DNA of 64,000 nt from Pristiophorus japonicus (lineage: Eukaryota), in the NCBI RefSeq assembly GCF_044704955.1, contig NW_027254672.1, positions 1 to 64,000 on the forward strand. The letters are read 5' to 3'. Below the pieces are notes generated by a model, which worked only from the letters and a program-made list of their open reading frames with translations, did not search any database and had not been told where the DNA came from. Below, in pieces: positions 62,246 through 64,000 of this stretch. A program made the translations under genes and the position numbers. Each line of letters begins with the position of its first letter. Position 1 is the stretch's first letter.

Positions 62246-62588
62246 TGGTTACATTGAGCTGGGTTCCGCTCCCGCTGATATCGCCCCACACTTTACAGTA
62301 ATAGGCGACAGTGTCACTGGGCTGCACGTCTGTGACTGTCAGAATGAAGCTGTTATTGGAGGTGTCTCTGGAAGGCTGGAGACGGTCAGTGGAACCTGGG
62401 CTCCCTCGTGTGCTGCCACTTGCCTCGTGTTAAAACCCACTCCGTATCTGGCCCCGGTAGTTGCCGGTACCAGTGGACATCGGTGTCGCTCACTCTGGCG
62501 TTCCACATGGTGCACTGTAACCGCGCCGTGTGACCCTCTGTGACACGTTTTAGGCTCGGAGACTGGGTCAGGACAGGGACAACTGCAC
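62246..62588 (-). pseudogene. VJ-type Ig V-domain exon of convergent paralogous receptor gene B (2-nt frameshift)
   Basis: On the minus strand: acceptor cattaaag, donor gtaaat. Reads AVVPVLTQSPSLKRVTEGHTARLQCTMWNARVSDTDVHWYRQLPGPDTEWVLT/(-2 nt)/EASGSTRGSPGSTDRLQPSRDTSNNSFILTVTDVQPSDTVAYYCKVWGDISGSGTQLNVT. Length 343 nt (345-2). About 95% identical to 26759-27084 by hand alignment. Confidence 0.92.
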
Positions 62589-63006
62589 CTTTAATGGTAA
62601 AATATCAATCACTTAAAAACCGGTCTGAAGGTTACAAAGTGTCCCCGGTATTTAAAGGGCCAGTCCAGGCAGTACAAGTTAGACGGAGATCAAAGATTGC
62701 AATCCTGGAGCAGTGCGGTTAGTCAGTTACTGATTCCGATCCAAAATGTGGAAAACCTGTGTTGTGAACCCTGTCTTTTATTTGAACAAGTTCACCAATA
62801 TAAGAGAAGGTTCTTTTTCTTTTCATTCACCGGCTGGCGTTGGCACGGGTACAATGGGCCGAATCAGTGTCCTTCGGTGCTGTCTGATTCTATCATGGAA
62901 ACTGGTAAAGGGAGACCTGGGGAGGGAACAACAACTGGTATTGATATAGCGCCTTTAATGCAGTAAAAGGTCCCAAGGTGCTTCACAGGAGTGTTATTAG
63001 ACAAAA

Positions 63007-63596
63007 GATGGTTCCTTCAAGCTGCGAGGAACCATCAGCGGAAGGTCGGGGCTTTAAAAGGAGGAGCAGCATGGCGGCATACCACTGCAAGGTACAGCGC
63101 GAGCCAGTCAGGGAGGGCAACGACTGTGAAGAGGGCGACTGGAATGGACATCCTCATAATGCAGGTCGGTGATTGGAGCGTGGGCAGGTACAGCAGGAGC
63201 GATGAGGTGCGAAGTAGTGGCGAGGGATTGCAGACCAACGTGATCGGGGCCCAGGAGAGGCATGAGTTCGGGGACCAGAAGAGGCGAAGGCCCAGGGGCA
63301 CACGGGCCAGCCCACACTGCAATATGTGTGCAGTAGATCCGTGCAGCAGAGCTGGTTTCCAGTCGTCAAGGTTAATCCTTGCCACTGGACCAAGACCTAG
63401 CTCTGTCAAGCCCGTGTGGTGGTTGGTGTGCAACGGCCACCACACGTTAAAAAAATCCACACTCTGGCATCATCCATCCTTCAATCTGCAGTTCGGGACT
63501 TGGAATAGCCAGTCCTTCATTGAAACACATGTGAACTCATCCCTTTTTGGTGGAAGCAAGTCATACTCGATACAAGGGACTGCCGAAGAGAAGATA
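63007..63596 (+). mobile_element. Bipartite non-autonomous RTE-derived retroposon inside an L2 fragment
   Basis: TSD AGACAAAA (62999-63006, 63597-63604). RTE-like 5' UTR segment shared with 51330-51460, QFGTWN remnant and RTE 3' tail GTGGAAGCAAGTC..GGGACTGCC. Confidence 0.75.
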
Positions 63597-64000
63597 AGAC
63601 AAAAAATTTGATACCAAGACACATGACACAAATGGTCAAAGAAGTAGGTTTTAAGGGGCGTCTTACAGGAGAAAAGAGAGTCGAGAGGATTAGCAAGGAA
63701 TTCCAGAACATAGGGAGCTGGAGGCACGGCCGCCAGTGGTTGAGTAATTATAGTCGGGGGTGCTGAACAGGCCAGAATTAGTGGAGCGCAGACATCTCTT
63801 TGGCGGGGGGTCATGGGGCTGGAGGAGATTACAGAGAGTGTGAAGGTCGAGGCCATGGAGGGATTTGAAAACCAGGATGAGCATTTTTAAAATCGAGGCG
63901 TTGCTTAACCGGGAGCCAATGTAGGTCAGCGAGCACAGGGGAGATGGGTTTACAGGACTTGGAAAGTTTACAGCACACAAGCGACCTATTCGGCCCATCG

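Overview
Repeat-dense vertebrate genomic DNA, most likely from a cartilaginous fish (inferred from the CR1, L2 and RTE LINEs, Deu-domain SINEs, short-LTR Gypsy, Harbinger, pogo-type MITEs and Penelope-type palindromes). Most of the window is transposon-derived, including one young CR1 with an intact 967-aa EN-RT ORF2 and an SGNH-esterase ORF1. Between the repeats are spliced exons of a family of non-rearranging immunoglobulin-superfamily receptors. Each V domain is a complete V+J in a single exon with no RSS, and resembles TCR-gamma/Ig-lambda V domains. A + strand gene can be reconstructed with consistent splice phases: leader 6502-6553, VJ1 18876-19220, VJ2 26759-27084, TM 27227-27361, and Tyr-motif cytoplasmic exons 27880-27953, 28983-29321 and possibly 30922-31269. 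A convergent - strand paralogue contributes a VJ exon (62246-62588) and probably an ITIM exon (59281-59323). All three VJ exons carry stops or frameshifts, so these copies look pseudogenised. The window also contains a CpG-island promoter with an orphan first exon (~46.4-46.8 kb), Penelope-type minimal hammerhead motifs and a SINE-derived 33-bp minisatellite. All calls come from reading the sequence by eye; no database searches were run.
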